This document shows positions 42,849 through 52,405 of a DNA stretch of 64,000 nucleotides, in pieces. The stretch's first letter is position 1. Every line of letters starts with the position of its first letter. Under the pieces are notes generated by a model. The model made no database searches and was not told the origin of the DNA. It worked only from the letters and a program-made list of their open reading frames with translations. Source of the stretch: Halorarum halobium (lineage in GTDB: Archaea > Halobacteriota > Halobacteria > Halobacteriales > Haloferacaceae); the NCBI RefSeq assembly GCF_032116555.1, contig NZ_CP134949.1, forward strand, positions 62,001 to 126,000, read 5' to 3'. Position numbers and translations under genes: made by a program.

Positions 42849-43273
42849 GAGGTGTGTACCACACCGACCTAACCAATCCTCGATCCGACAGCCGAGAGGG
42901 ATTTCGAGGCAGCTTGCCAGCCGGACATAACCACCCAGAACAACCGAAATCATCCACCCGGAACCACGCGAACCCACGCAACGTTTTTGTCCGAACACGC
43001 CACAGCACCCGACATGGCACGAGAACCCGCCATCGACCGCACCGTCCCGCAGCCGACGACCGGCGGGTTCGCCTTCTTTTTCCGCCGCGCCTGAGCGGCG
43101 GACCCGAGCGGCCCCGGGAGGGACCGCGACGCGAAACCGTTCGGTTCGGCACGCGGTTCGGAGCGGCGACGTTCCCCGAACCGACGACCATCGGAACGTG
43201 CGGCGTCGCTCGCCCGCGCGAACCACACAACAGAACGCCTATCGGACGACACGCCACACACCAACCCAAGACC

Positions 43274-44839
43274 ATGCCACGCTCACCTGCGGAGGTCGCG
43301 CTGCTGGAGGCCGCCAGCGCGACCGACGCGAAGACCGTCGAACAGCTCGCCGCGGAGACCGACTTGAAGCCGGAGACGGTCACCCGCGCCGCCTTCGAAC
43401 TCCGGGACGAGGGGCTCGTCGCCGTCGAGGAGGCGACCGAGACGACCGCGACGGTCACCGAGGAGGGACGACGGTACGCCGCGGACGGGCTGCCCGAGGT
43501 CCGGCTCTACCGGGCCGCGGTCGACGCCGGAGCCGACGATGACCCCGTCTCGATGGGGCAAGTCATCGGTGCGTCGGGGCTCGAGGGGCCGGAAGTCGAC
43601 ATCGCGCTCTCGAACTATTCGCGGAAGGGGTACGGCGAGATCGACGCCGGGAACGTCACCGCCTCGGCGGACGCGCCGGTTCGGACCGCCGAGGACAAGG
43701 AGAAGACCACCCTCGAACTGCTCGCGGGGAACGCCGACGACGGCGACGAAGTTCCCGAGTGGGAGGCTGACGTGATCGAGCAACTCGACCGCCGCGGGCT
43801 CGTCGAGGTGTCCGAACGGACCGTCCGCTCGGTGACGCTCACCGACGAGGGCGTGACGGCGCTGATGGAGGGCGTCGAGGCCGCCGAGACCGCCGACCGC
43901 CTGACGCCCGAGCTGCTGACGTCGGGCGAGTGGGAGGACGCCGAGTTCTCGGCGTACAACGTCGAGGCCGACGCGCCCGAGATCGAGGGCGGTCGGAAAC
44001 ACGTCCTCCGCGGGATGGCCGACCGCGTGACGGACGTGCTCGTCGGCATGGGGTTCCGCGAGATGGACGGCCCGCACGCCGACGCGGACTTCTGGATCAA
44101 CGACTGCCTGTTCATGCCCCAGGACCACCCGGCACGGACCCACTGGGACCGCTTCGCACTCGACGTGCCGCCGGTGCGCGAACTGCCCGAGCAACTGGTC
44201 GACCGCGTCGAGGCCGCCCACCGCGAGGGCGTCGGCGAGGACGGCGACGGCTACCACTCGCCGTGGTCCGAGGAGTTCGCGCGGGCGATCGCGCTGCGGG
44301 GCCACACCACCTCGCTGTCGATGCGTTACCTCTCGGGGTACGCGGACGCCGACTTCGGCGGCGAAGGGGGGCCGCCTCAGCGCACCGACATCGAGCCGCC
44401 ACAGCGGTACTTCTCCGTCGAGAAGGTGTACCGCAACGACACCCTCGACGCCACGCACCTGCTGGAGTTCTTCCAGATCGAGGGGTGGGTGATGGCCGAG
44501 ACCCTCTCGGTCCGGGACCTGATGGGCACCTTCGAGGAGTTCTACCGGCAGTTCGGCATCGAGGACGTCCGGTTCAAGCCCCACTACAACCCATACACGG
44601 AGCCGAGCTTCGAGCTGTTCGGCACCCACCCCGAGACGGGCGAGGAGATCGAGATCGGCAACTCGGGGATGTTCCGCGACGAGGTGCTGGACACGCTCGG
44701 GGTCGACTGCGACGTGATGGCCTGGGGGCTCGCGCTCGAACGGCTCGCCATGCTCACGACCGGGGCCGAAGACATCCGCGACCTGCACGGCACGCTCGCG
44801 GACATCGAGTTCCTGCGGACCGCGGAGGTGACCTACTGA
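43274..44839 (+). CDS. pheS: Phenylalanine--tRNA ligase alpha subunit
   Basis: FWINDCLFMPQDHPAR, LRGHTT, KVYRND.LDATHLLEFFQIEG, NPYTEPS, WGLALERL; ATG 43274. Confidence 0.96.
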   Translation: MPRSPAEVALLEAASATDAKTVEQLAAETDLKPETVTRAAFELRDEGLVAVEEATETTATVTEEGRRYAADGLPEVRLYRAAVDAGADDDPVSMGQVIGASGLEGPEVDIALSNYSRKGYGEIDAGNVTASADAPVRTAEDKEKTTLELLAGNADDGDEVPEWEADVIEQLDRRGLVEVSERTVRSVTLTDEGVTALMEGVEAAETADRLTPELLTSGEWEDAEFSAYNVEADAPEIEGGRKHVLRGMADRVTDVLVGMGFREMDGPHADADFWINDCLFMPQDHPARTHWDRFALDVPPVRELPEQLVDRVEAAHREGVGEDGDGYHSPWSEEFARAIALRGHTTSLSMRYLSGYADADFGGEGGPPQRTDIEPPQRYFSVEKVYRNDTLDATHLLEFFQIEGWVMAETLSVRDLMGTFEEFYRQFGIEDVRFKPHYNPYTEPSFELFGTHPETGEEIEIGNSGMFRDEVLDTLGVDCDVMAWGLALERLAMLTTGAEDIRDLHGTLADIEFLRTAEVTY

Positions 44840-46626
44840 TGCCCGTCGTCGACATCGACACGGACGAACTGCGCGAACTGACCGGCCACGACGAGAAGAC
44901 CGACGGGGAGTTCGAGGAGGACCTGTTCGCGCTCGGCCTCGAGTTCGAGGGCGAGACCGACGAGGGCGACCTGCAGTTCGAGTTCGGGCCGGACCGGCTC
45001 GACCGCCTGTCGGTCGAGGGCGTCGCACGGTCGCTCCGCTACCAGTACGGCGACGCCCGCGGCGTCCACGTCCCCGACCCGAACGACGCGGACTGGACCA
45101 TCGAGGTGGACGAGTCGGTGCCCGACGAGCGCCCGTTCGTCACCGGCGCGGTCGTCCGCGGCCTCGACCTCGACGAGTCGGCGCTCGACTCGCTCATCCA
45201 GCTCCAGGAGAAGCTGCACGCGACGATGGGCCGCGAGCGCGCCAAGGGCGCCATCGGCATCCACGACCTCACGATGCTGAAGGGCGGCCGGCTCTCGCAG
45301 GAGTCCGAGAGCTCCGGAACCGCCGAGGGGCCGGCCTCGAAGATCCAGGGGACGCCAAACACCATCACCTACCGTGGGGTCGACCCGGACGGCGACCGGT
45401 TCGTCCCGCTGGACTCGAACGCGGAACGCACGCCCGCCGAAGTGCTGGAAGAGCACCCGGTCGGGGGGAAGTACGCCGACCTCGTCGCGGACCTGGATCG
45501 CTACCCGGCGATCTACGACGAACTCGGCCTGTTCTCGTTCCCGCCGGTCATCAACGGCCGCCGGACCGAGGTGTCGACCGACTCGCGGGACCTGTTCGTC
45601 GAACTCACCGGCACCGACCAGTGGACCATCGACCGGATGTGCGTCATCATCTGCTACGCGCTCGCCGCCCGCGGCGGGACGCTGGAGGAGGTCGAGGTCG
45701 TCTACGACGACGGCGCGACCCACCCCGACGAGTACGGGCCGGAACTGATCCGACCGAACCTCGAGACCGACGAGAAGTCGGTGAGCCACGAGCGCATCGA
45801 GTCGACCCTCGGCGTCGAACTCGACCGTGACGAGGTGGTCGACCTGTTCGAGCGCTCGGGGCTGGACGCCGCATACAGCCTGGGAGAGGAGGCGACGACA
45901 TACGACGTGACGGTGCCGCCGTACCGCGTCGACGTGCTCCACCCGCTCGACCTCATCGACGACGTGGGGCGGGCGTACGGCTTCAACTCGCTCGACCCGA
46001 CCTACCCCGACATCGGCACCATCGGCGGCCGTCACGAGCGCTCGCGGCTGGAGGACGCCGTGCGGACGAGCCTCGTCGGCCTGGGCTTTCAGGACACCCT
46101 GAACTTCCACATGACGAGCGCCGCCGAGAACTACGACCGGATGGGCGTCGAGGAGGGGAGCGACGTCCTCGGCGCCGGCGAGCGCGCCGAGATCACCAGC
46201 CCGTACAGCGAGGAGTACACCCAGCTTCGGACCTGGGCGCTCCCCTCGCTCGCGCAGGTGCTGGAGAACAACACCCACCGGCCCTACCCGCAGGACCTCG
46301 CGGAGGTCGGCTTCGTCGCCCGCCGCGACGACGAGGCGAACACCCGGGTCGCCGAATCGCGCCACGTCGCCGCCGCACTCGCACGGACGGACGCCTCCTA
46401 CGAGGACGCGAAGGCCCGCCTGCAGGCGCTGTGTGACGACTTCGACGCCGCCCTGGAGACGCCCGCGACCGACCACCCGAGCTTCATTTCGGGTCGAGTC
46501 GCCGCGGTCGTCGTGAACGGGGACGCCGTCGGCGTCGTGGGGGAACTCCACCCCGCCGTGCTGGTCGAACACGACATGGAGGTTCCCGTGGCCGCGTTCG
46601 AGTTCGACCTCTCCGCGTTAGCCTGA
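44839..46626 (+). CDS. pheT: Phenylalanine--tRNA ligase beta subunit
   Basis: DRLDRLSVEG, LQEKLH, SFPPVING, VPPYRVDVLH, GELHP; TGATG overlap. Confidence 0.95.
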   Translation: MPVVDIDTDELRELTGHDEKTDGEFEEDLFALGLEFEGETDEGDLQFEFGPDRLDRLSVEGVARSLRYQYGDARGVHVPDPNDADWTIEVDESVPDERPFVTGAVVRGLDLDESALDSLIQLQEKLHATMGRERAKGAIGIHDLTMLKGGRLSQESESSGTAEGPASKIQGTPNTITYRGVDPDGDRFVPLDSNAERTPAEVLEEHPVGGKYADLVADLDRYPAIYDELGLFSFPPVINGRRTEVSTDSRDLFVELTGTDQWTIDRMCVIICYALAARGGTLEEVEVVYDDGATHPDEYGPELIRPNLETDEKSVSHERIESTLGVELDRDEVVDLFERSGLDAAYSLGEEATTYDVTVPPYRVDVLHPLDLIDDVGRAYGFNSLDPTYPDIGTIGGRHERSRLEDAVRTSLVGLGFQDTLNFHMTSAAENYDRMGVEEGSDVLGAGERAEITSPYSEEYTQLRTWALPSLAQVLENNTHRPYPQDLAEVGFVARRDDEANTRVAESRHVAAALARTDASYEDAKARLQALCDDFDAALETPATDHPSFISGRVAAVVVNGDAVGVVGELHPAVLVEHDMEVPVAAFEFDLSALA

Positions 46627-46889
46627 CCGTTCGGCCCCCGTCGGGGCGTTTCGCCGGCGTCGATCCCGGGAAACAGGCGGGACCCACCGTCGGAGCCGGC
46701 GTCGCTCGCTCCAGTTTCCCCCCGGAGCCGCGCGCTCGTGAAGCGGCGTCACGTCACCCCGCCGGGGGAGGCGCGTTCCACTCGAAGTGGAGGGGTCGGC
46801 GGGCAGCCGGCGAGTCGGTTGGCCGGCGGCCGAACGTCGCCGATGTCACGGTCCGTACGGTTTTGTCGCTCCGCTTGCTATCGACCCAC

Positions 46890-47159
46890 ATGAGCAGACA
46901 GGAACTCGAGGACGCCAGCGACCACCTGCGCCGGGCTGCCGAACGCGCGGAGGGGGACACGCGGGAGAAACTCGGCGAACAGGCGCACCGCTTTGCCGAC
47001 GCAGCGAACCGGGAGAACGGCCCCGACCACGGCTGGCTCGACCGTCACACCCACGTCGTCCGCGAACTCGCCACGGACCTGGACGAGGAGGGCCAAGAGC
47101 AAGTCGAGGCGGCGGTCGAGCGGATCAATGCCTACCGGGAGACCGTTCCCGGCGTCTGA
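46890..47159 (+). CDS. Small helical hypothetical protein
   Basis: ATG 46890, acidic, GPDHGWL motif, ~89 aa. Confidence 0.65.
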   Translation: MSRQELEDASDHLRRAAERAEGDTREKLGEQAHRFADAANRENGPDHGWLDRHTHVVRELATDLDEEGQEQVEAAVERINAYRETVPGV

Positions 47160-47220
47160 CCGGGCCGCCGAACCCCGCCACGACGCCGCTCGACTGGGGT
47201 TCCGTCGGTAGCACGGCCAC

Positions 47221-47847
47221 TCAGCAGACGTTCTTCGGCTTCACGCCCATCCCCTCCAGCGTCTCGACGTAGTCGTCGTAGGCGGCCTCGACGACCGCGT
47301 CGGCCGCCTCGCGGGCCGCCGCCCACTCCTCGTCGGCCTCACAGACCTCGTCGAGGAGGTCCGTCGCCTCGCCGAGGCGGTCGGAGACGTCGGCGCGCAG
47401 GTCGCGGAACTCGTTTGCGGCCGTCGGGTCCGCGTTGCCGACGAAGAAGCCGACCACCTGTCCGGTCCGCGTGTCGGCGAGCAGACAGCGGGCGAGCAGG
47501 CCGCCGGCGCGGGCGGGCGTCGTCTCCAGGTCCGCGAGCACCTCGTACTCCGGGAACGACCTGGCCTCATCGGCGTCGAACCCGTCGGGCGCGACCGCGT
47601 CCCGGTGGTCCCGCCCGTCCTCGCCGACCGCGCCGAACAGGGCGGCGGCGTCCCCGCTGCCCTCCGTGGCGCTCCAGGCCTCGAACCGCTCGGCCGCCGC
47701 GGCGGCCTCGGCGGCGGCCGCCGCGCGCACCGCGTTCGCGGCCATCTCGCCGCCGGTCAGCGCGTAGAGCGACTTCGAGGAGCCCAGCCGCGAGAGCGCC
47801 GTCTCGTTGCGCGCGCGCAGGTCCGAGAGAAAGGTTTCGCCGTTCAT
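47221..47847 (-). CDS. Conserved haloarchaeal helical protein (possibly ferritin-like)
   Basis: LSRLGSSKSLYALT, QVVGFFVGNADP, YVETLEGMGVKPKNVC; ATG 47847. Confidence 0.7.
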   Translation of the reverse strand: MNGETFLSDLRARNETALSRLGSSKSLYALTGGEMAANAVRAAAAAEAAAAAERFEAWSATEGSGDAAALFGAVGEDGRDHRDAVAPDGFDADEARSFPEYEVLADLETTPARAGGLLARCLLADTRTGQVVGFFVGNADPTAANEFRDLRADVSDRLGEATDLLDEVCEADEEWAAAREAADAVVEAAYDDYVETLEGMGVKPKNVC

Positions 47848-47952
47848 GGCCGGCGGTAGGGGCGTGACGCGCTTGAAACCCTCGGCAGCGGCGGATTCGG
47901 CGGCGGGGTCGCCGACGGTAGCGTTACGTGACCGGGGACCGTGACGCCAGCC

Positions 47953-49521
47953 ATGTCCACCGATCGGTCCCCGTCGCTCTCCGACGCGTTCACCGGCGCC
48001 GGCCGCGTGCTCGCCGACCACCCCGTCGCCGTCGTGTCCGCCTACCTGCTCGTGGTCGCCGTGGTGCCCATCGCTCGCGTTCCGTTCCTGGTCGCGCTGA
48101 CCGCCGCAGTCGGCGTGCTGGCCGCGGCCGGCCGCATCGAACCCGTCGTCCAGGCGCTCGCGGAACAGGCGAGCATCTCGGAGGACGGGGGGCTCGGCGG
48201 CGGCGGCATCGGCGAGGGCGGCATCGGCGGCGGGTTCGGCGGGGGCGACCCGCCGATCTCGCCGGAACTCGAGCGGGCCGTCGAGGGATTGTTCGTGCCG
48301 GAGGTCGGCCTGCTCCTCGTCGCGGGGGTGCTCCTCACGGTAGTCGTGGCGGTGCTCGTGGGGGCGGTCGCCACGGCGGTCTCGACGGGGACGGTGTGGG
48401 CCGCCCTCGACGGGCGGCCGCCGCTGGAGGACGGCGTCGCCACCGCGGGGCGCTGGCCGACGTTCCTCGGCGTGACGCTCGTCCGCGCGGTCGCCGTGCT
48501 CGTGCCCGTCGCCGTCCCGGTCGCGCTCACGCTCGGAATCGCCACGCTCGCGGGGGGCATCGGTGTCAGCGTCGGCGTCGCGGTGGGCGCGCTGCTCGTG
48601 CTCGCGGGCGCGCTGGTGTCGCTGCTGGTCTACCTGCTGTTGGTGTTCGCCGAGGCGGCGGTCGTCGTCGACGGCGCGGGAACGGTGGAGGCGGTCCGCG
48701 GGAGCCTCGGGTTCGTCCGCCGGAACGTGCTGGCGACGGTCGTGTTCGCGCTCGTCGCGCTGGGCGTCTACGTCGGGGCGAGCGTGGCTGTCGGCCTCCT
48801 CAACCTCGTGGGCGTGAACCGGCTCGGCGCGCTGGTGCTCTCGCTGACGGTCGCGCCGCTGCTGGACGCCTTCGCGGTCGCCCTGTACGCCGAGACCGGG
48901 CTCCCGGCGGCCGATCGGGCGCCGCTCGGCACTCGGGTTCGCGGCGCGCTCGCCGACGGCTGGAGCGCACTCTGGCGGTTCGTCCGCGAGCACCCGGCCG
49001 CCAACGCCGCCGGGGCGCTGCTGCTCACCGGCGGGGCCGTCGCCGGCTACCTGTTCACCGCGCCGATGGGCGTCACGCTCCCGCCGCCCGAGAACGTCGC
49101 GACCGTGTTCGGCGTGGTCCCGGTCGGCCCGTTCCTCAACATCGCGGCGAACAACTGGCTCGTCTCGGCCGGCACCGCCTTCGGCGGGCTGGCGGCCGGC
49201 GTCCCCGCGGCGGCCTCGCTGCTGTTCAACGGCGTGCTCATCGGGGCGCTCGGCGGCATCTTCGACCGGGTGGCGTTCCTCGCGCTGGTCGCGCCACACG
49301 GGGTCATCGAACTCCCCGCCATCGCCGTCGCGGGCGGGCTCGGCGTCCACCTCGGCGTCGTCGGGTGGCGCGGCGCGCGCGGCCGGTCGGACGCGGGGAC
49401 GGTCGCCGCGGAGCTCCGCCGGGCGACGTGGGTGCTCGTGGGACTCGCGCTGGTGCTCGTCGTCGCCTCGTTCGTCGAGGCGTTCCTCACGCCCCGCATC
49501 GCGGCGTTCGTGCTCGGGTGA
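47953..49521 (+). CDS. SpoIIM-like membrane protein
   Basis: C-terminal IAANN, LLFNG, APHGVIELPA, ASFVEAFLTP. Confidence 0.85.
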   Translation: MSTDRSPSLSDAFTGAGRVLADHPVAVVSAYLLVVAVVPIARVPFLVALTAAVGVLAAAGRIEPVVQALAEQASISEDGGLGGGGIGEGGIGGGFGGGDPPISPELERAVEGLFVPEVGLLLVAGVLLTVVVAVLVGAVATAVSTGTVWAALDGRPPLEDGVATAGRWPTFLGVTLVRAVAVLVPVAVPVALTLGIATLAGGIGVSVGVAVGALLVLAGALVSLLVYLLLVFAEAAVVVDGAGTVEAVRGSLGFVRRNVLATVVFALVALGVYVGASVAVGLLNLVGVNRLGALVLSLTVAPLLDAFAVALYAETGLPAADRAPLGTRVRGALADGWSALWRFVREHPAANAAGALLLTGGAVAGYLFTAPMGVTLPPPENVATVFGVVPVGPFLNIAANNWLVSAGTAFGGLAAGVPAAASLLFNGVLIGALGGIFDRVAFLALVAPHGVIELPAIAVAGGLGVHLGVVGWRGARGRSDAGTVAAELRRATWVLVGLALVLVVASFVEAFLTPRIAAFVLG

Positions 49522-49621
49522 GCGTCACGCCGGTCGGGGCGTATCACGGGTCGTCGACGTCGGGCGACCGGCGGCGGCTGGCGGCCGAACTGTCCACCCG
49601 CGTCGAAGACGGCCATCCATC

Positions 49622-49762
49622 ACGGCGTGCGCGACCGCGAGCCCCTCGGGGGCGAGCACAGACGCGCGCGAGGGATGAGCACCACAGCGAACGAAGTGAG
49701 CGAGGAGCGCAATCGGCTGGGGAGGGTGTGGAGGCCGTGCGGCGCGGGCGGGCGGGCTTTCG
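49622..49762 (+). repeat. Intergenic palindromic element
   Basis: gcgcgaccgc, GC-GA-GCCCC-TCG-GGGGC-GA-GC, cgagggatgagcacc, gcgaacgaagtgagcgaggagcgca, ggctggggagggtg. Confidence 0.75.
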
Positions 49763-49918
49763 GGCAGTCTCCATCTGATGAACACGGCATCACGCAAGCC
49801 GCGAGTTGCACGAGGAGGCGGGCGATTTCTACCGAACCGTTCCCCGAACCCGATTTCGTCAGCTCATCGGATCGAATCGCACACCAGCTATTTGCCAGGA
49901 CCGCACGAACCCCCGACG

Positions 49919-50227
49919 ATGACAACGACACTCACCCTCCCCGCGCCCCGTCGCGCCGGCCAGTACCTGTTCGGCGCCTCCTCGGTCGTCCTCGCGCTGC
50001 TCGTCGTCGGCATCGCCCTCGTCCACCTCGCGGCCGGCGTGGCCAGCGCGGCGTTCGCCGGCGTCGCCGGCCTCGCGCTGCTCGCGGTCGGATTCGTGGC
50101 GGCCCCGGCCGGTCGGCGGGTACTCGACCGCCGCGGGGTCCGGCTCGACGCGACCGAGGCTGCGCTCGCAGTGGTCGGGTTCCTGGCGCTGGCCGGCGCG
50201 GCGTTCTCGCTGTTCTTCCTGCTGTAG
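49919..50227 (+). CDS. Small membrane protein
   Basis: ATG 49919, three hydrophobic helices. Confidence 0.55.
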   Translation: MTTTLTLPAPRRAGQYLFGASSVVLALLVVGIALVHLAAGVASAAFAGVAGLALLAVGFVAAPAGRRVLDRRGVRLDATEAALAVVGFLALAGAAFSLFFLL

Positions 50228-50360
50228 CGCGCGCCGGTCCGTCTGCCGGCGGTTCGCTGAACGTCCACTGGAAGTCCGCTGGAAGTTCGATGCGGGTTCG
50301 GCGTCGACTCGGCGTGTCGTGAGTGCGCGAAAAACGTCGTGGTGCGGCCCGATGTCCCTC

Positions 50361-51221
50361 CTACTCCGCGTCGCCCGTCTCGACGGGCGCGCCGACAAGG
50401 TTGCCCCATTCGGTCCAGGAGCCGTCGTAGTTGACGGTCTGGTCCTGTCCGAGCAGTTCGTGGAGCGCGAACCAGGCGATCGAGGAGCGCTCGCCGATGC
50501 GGCAGTAGGCGACGATCTCGTCGTCGCCCGAGTCGATGACCTCGCCGTAGAGCTCCTGCAGCTCGTCGGCGGTCTTGAACGTCCCGTCCTCGTTGACCGT
50601 CGCGGCCCACGAGATGTTGCGCGCGCCGGGGATGTGGCCGCCGCGCTGGGCGGTCTCCTGCAGGCCCGGCGGGGCGAGGATCTCGCCGCGGAACTCCTCG
50701 GGCGAGCGCACGTCGACGAGCGGGACGCCGGCGTCGATGGCGTCACCCACCTGGTCGCGGTACGCGCGGATGGACTCGTCCGGCTCCTCGGCCTCGTAGG
50801 TCGTCTCCGGGAAGTCGGGCACCTCCTCGGTGAGCGGGTAGTCGTTCTCCAGCCAGTAGTCGCGCCCGCCGTTGAGCAGGCGCACGTCGTCGTGGCCGAA
50901 GTACTTGTACTGCCAGTAGGTGTAGGCGGCAAACCAGTTCGATGAGTCGCCGTACAGGACGACCGTCGAGTCGTCGCTGATGCCGTGACTGGCGTTCAGC
51001 GCCTCGAAGTCCTCCTTGGTGAGCACGTCGCGCTGGGTCTGGTCCTGGAGCTGCGTCTCCCAGTTGAAGCCGATGGCACCGGGCGCGTGGCCCGTCCCGT
51101 AGGCCTCGGTGTCCACGTCGACCTCCACCAGCCGATACGCGGGGTCGTCCGACTCGAACTCGTCGAGGTGGTCCTCGACCCAGTCCGCCGACACGAGTAC
51201 GTCCTTGGCGTAGTCCGTCAT
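50361..51221 (-). CDS. Thiosulfate sulfurtransferase (tandem rhodanese)
   Basis: GHAPGA, LLNGG, GGHIPGA, active-site loop CRIGER, YDGSWTEW. Confidence 0.93.
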   Translation of the reverse strand: MTDYAKDVLVSADWVEDHLDEFESDDPAYRLVEVDVDTEAYGTGHAPGAIGFNWETQLQDQTQRDVLTKEDFEALNASHGISDDSTVVLYGDSSNWFAAYTYWQYKYFGHDDVRLLNGGRDYWLENDYPLTEEVPDFPETTYEAEEPDESIRAYRDQVGDAIDAGVPLVDVRSPEEFRGEILAPPGLQETAQRGGHIPGARNISWAATVNEDGTFKTADELQELYGEVIDSGDDEIVAYCRIGERSSIAWFALHELLGQDQTVNYDGSWTEWGNLVGAPVETGDAE

Positions 51222-51507
51222 TGCAAACAGTGCGTACGTTCTCCCCGAGCATAATACCCGTAGCCCCGGCAGAGTCGGCCATTCGTTCCACGTACCGGAT
51301 CATGTTGCCGGCGCCGTTCGCGCGATGGCCGCGCGGTCCCGGCGGGGCGGGCGAGCGGCCGCGAGGGAACGTCTCGCCGCGCCGACATCGCGCGGCAGGC
51401 GGCAGGGGGCGGGCGTCAGAAACCGGCAATGATTGCCCCCGTGTCTGACGCCCGTCGGGGTTCGCCGGTGCGGCGGCGTTTTTCCCCTCGGCCGCGAACC
51501 GGTGGAC

Positions 51508-52287
51508 ATGGACACCTTCGTCTCGGCCGACTGGCTCGCCGAGCGGCTCGAGGACGTGCGGGTCGTGGACGTGCGGGACGGGTGGGAGTACGAGGGCATC
51601 GGCCACCTTCCCGGGGCGGTTTCGATCCCCTTCGGCGAGTTCCGCAGCGGCGAGGGCGACGAGGGGATGCTCCCGGGCGCCGACCGCTGGGCCGACCTGC
51701 TCTCGGCGGCGGGCATCGGCGTCGAGGACGACGTCGTCGCCTACGACGACACCCACGGCGTGTTCGCGGCCCGCTTTCTCGTCACCGCCGAACTGTACGG
51801 CCACGACCCCGCGAGGCTCCACCTGCTGGACGGCGACTACTCCGCCTGGAGCCGCGAGCGCCCGACGACGACCGACGCGGTGGAGCCGGACCCGACCGAG
51901 TACGAACCCCGCGAGCCGGCGGACTCGCCGCTCGTCGGCTTCGACGAGGTCGCCGCCGCGCTGGAGGCCGAGGGGACGGTCGTCGTCGACACCCGCGAGG
52001 CGTGGGAGTTCGAGGAGGGCCACCTCCCCGGCGCGGTGCAGCTCGACTGGATGGAACTCGTCGACGCCGAGTCGCGCGGGCTGAAACCCCGGGACGAACT
52101 GGCGTCGATCCTCGCGGATCGGGGCGTCACGCCCGACCGTCGCGTGCTGCTCTACTGCAACACGGCGCGGCGCATCAGCCACACGTACCTCGTGCTCGGC
52201 CACCTCGGCTACGACGACCTCGCGTTCTACGAGGGGAGCCTCACCGAGTGGGAGGCGCGCGGCGGGGCGACGGAGACCGGGACGTAG
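51508..52287 (+). CDS. Sulfurtransferase (tandem rhodanese), divergent paralog
   Basis: GHLPGA twice, active-site loop CNTARR, YEGSLTEW; ATG 51508. Confidence 0.9.
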   Translation: MDTFVSADWLAERLEDVRVVDVRDGWEYEGIGHLPGAVSIPFGEFRSGEGDEGMLPGADRWADLLSAAGIGVEDDVVAYDDTHGVFAARFLVTAELYGHDPARLHLLDGDYSAWSRERPTTTDAVEPDPTEYEPREPADSPLVGFDEVAAALEAEGTVVVDTREAWEFEEGHLPGAVQLDWMELVDAESRGLKPRDELASILADRGVTPDRRVLLYCNTARRISHTYLVLGHLGYDDLAFYEGSLTEWEARGGATETGT

Positions 52288-52335
52288 TCGGGGGCAGTGA
52301 AGACCGGGACGTGAGCGGGGGCGACGAAGACGGGC
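52263..52335 (+). repeat. ~2.7 x 27 bp tandem repeat spanning the rhodanese stop codon
   Basis: cggggcgacggagaccgggacgtagtc / gggggcagtgaagaccgggacgtgagc / gggggcgacgaagacggg. Confidence 0.75.
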
Positions 52336-52405
52336 GCACGGTCGAGGACGGGAGGCCGGAGCGTCGTCGGTACGGGGGGAACCGACGAGTCGACGCTCGG
52401 CCGAC

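Noticed and set aside
43140..43230. Structured leader upstream of pheS
   Set aside because: Only short imperfect stems with no second copy or recognisable motif; insufficient support.
42397..43273. ORFs across the uvrB-pheS gap and the long N-terminal extension of pheS from 42665
   Set aside because: Basic, non-haloarchaeal composition; they simply read through the repeat elements.
50361..52287. Divergent rhodanese pair as a new sulfur-relay system
   Set aside because: Adjacent sulfurtransferase paralogs are a common haloarchaeal arrangement, and no additional partner genes are evident.
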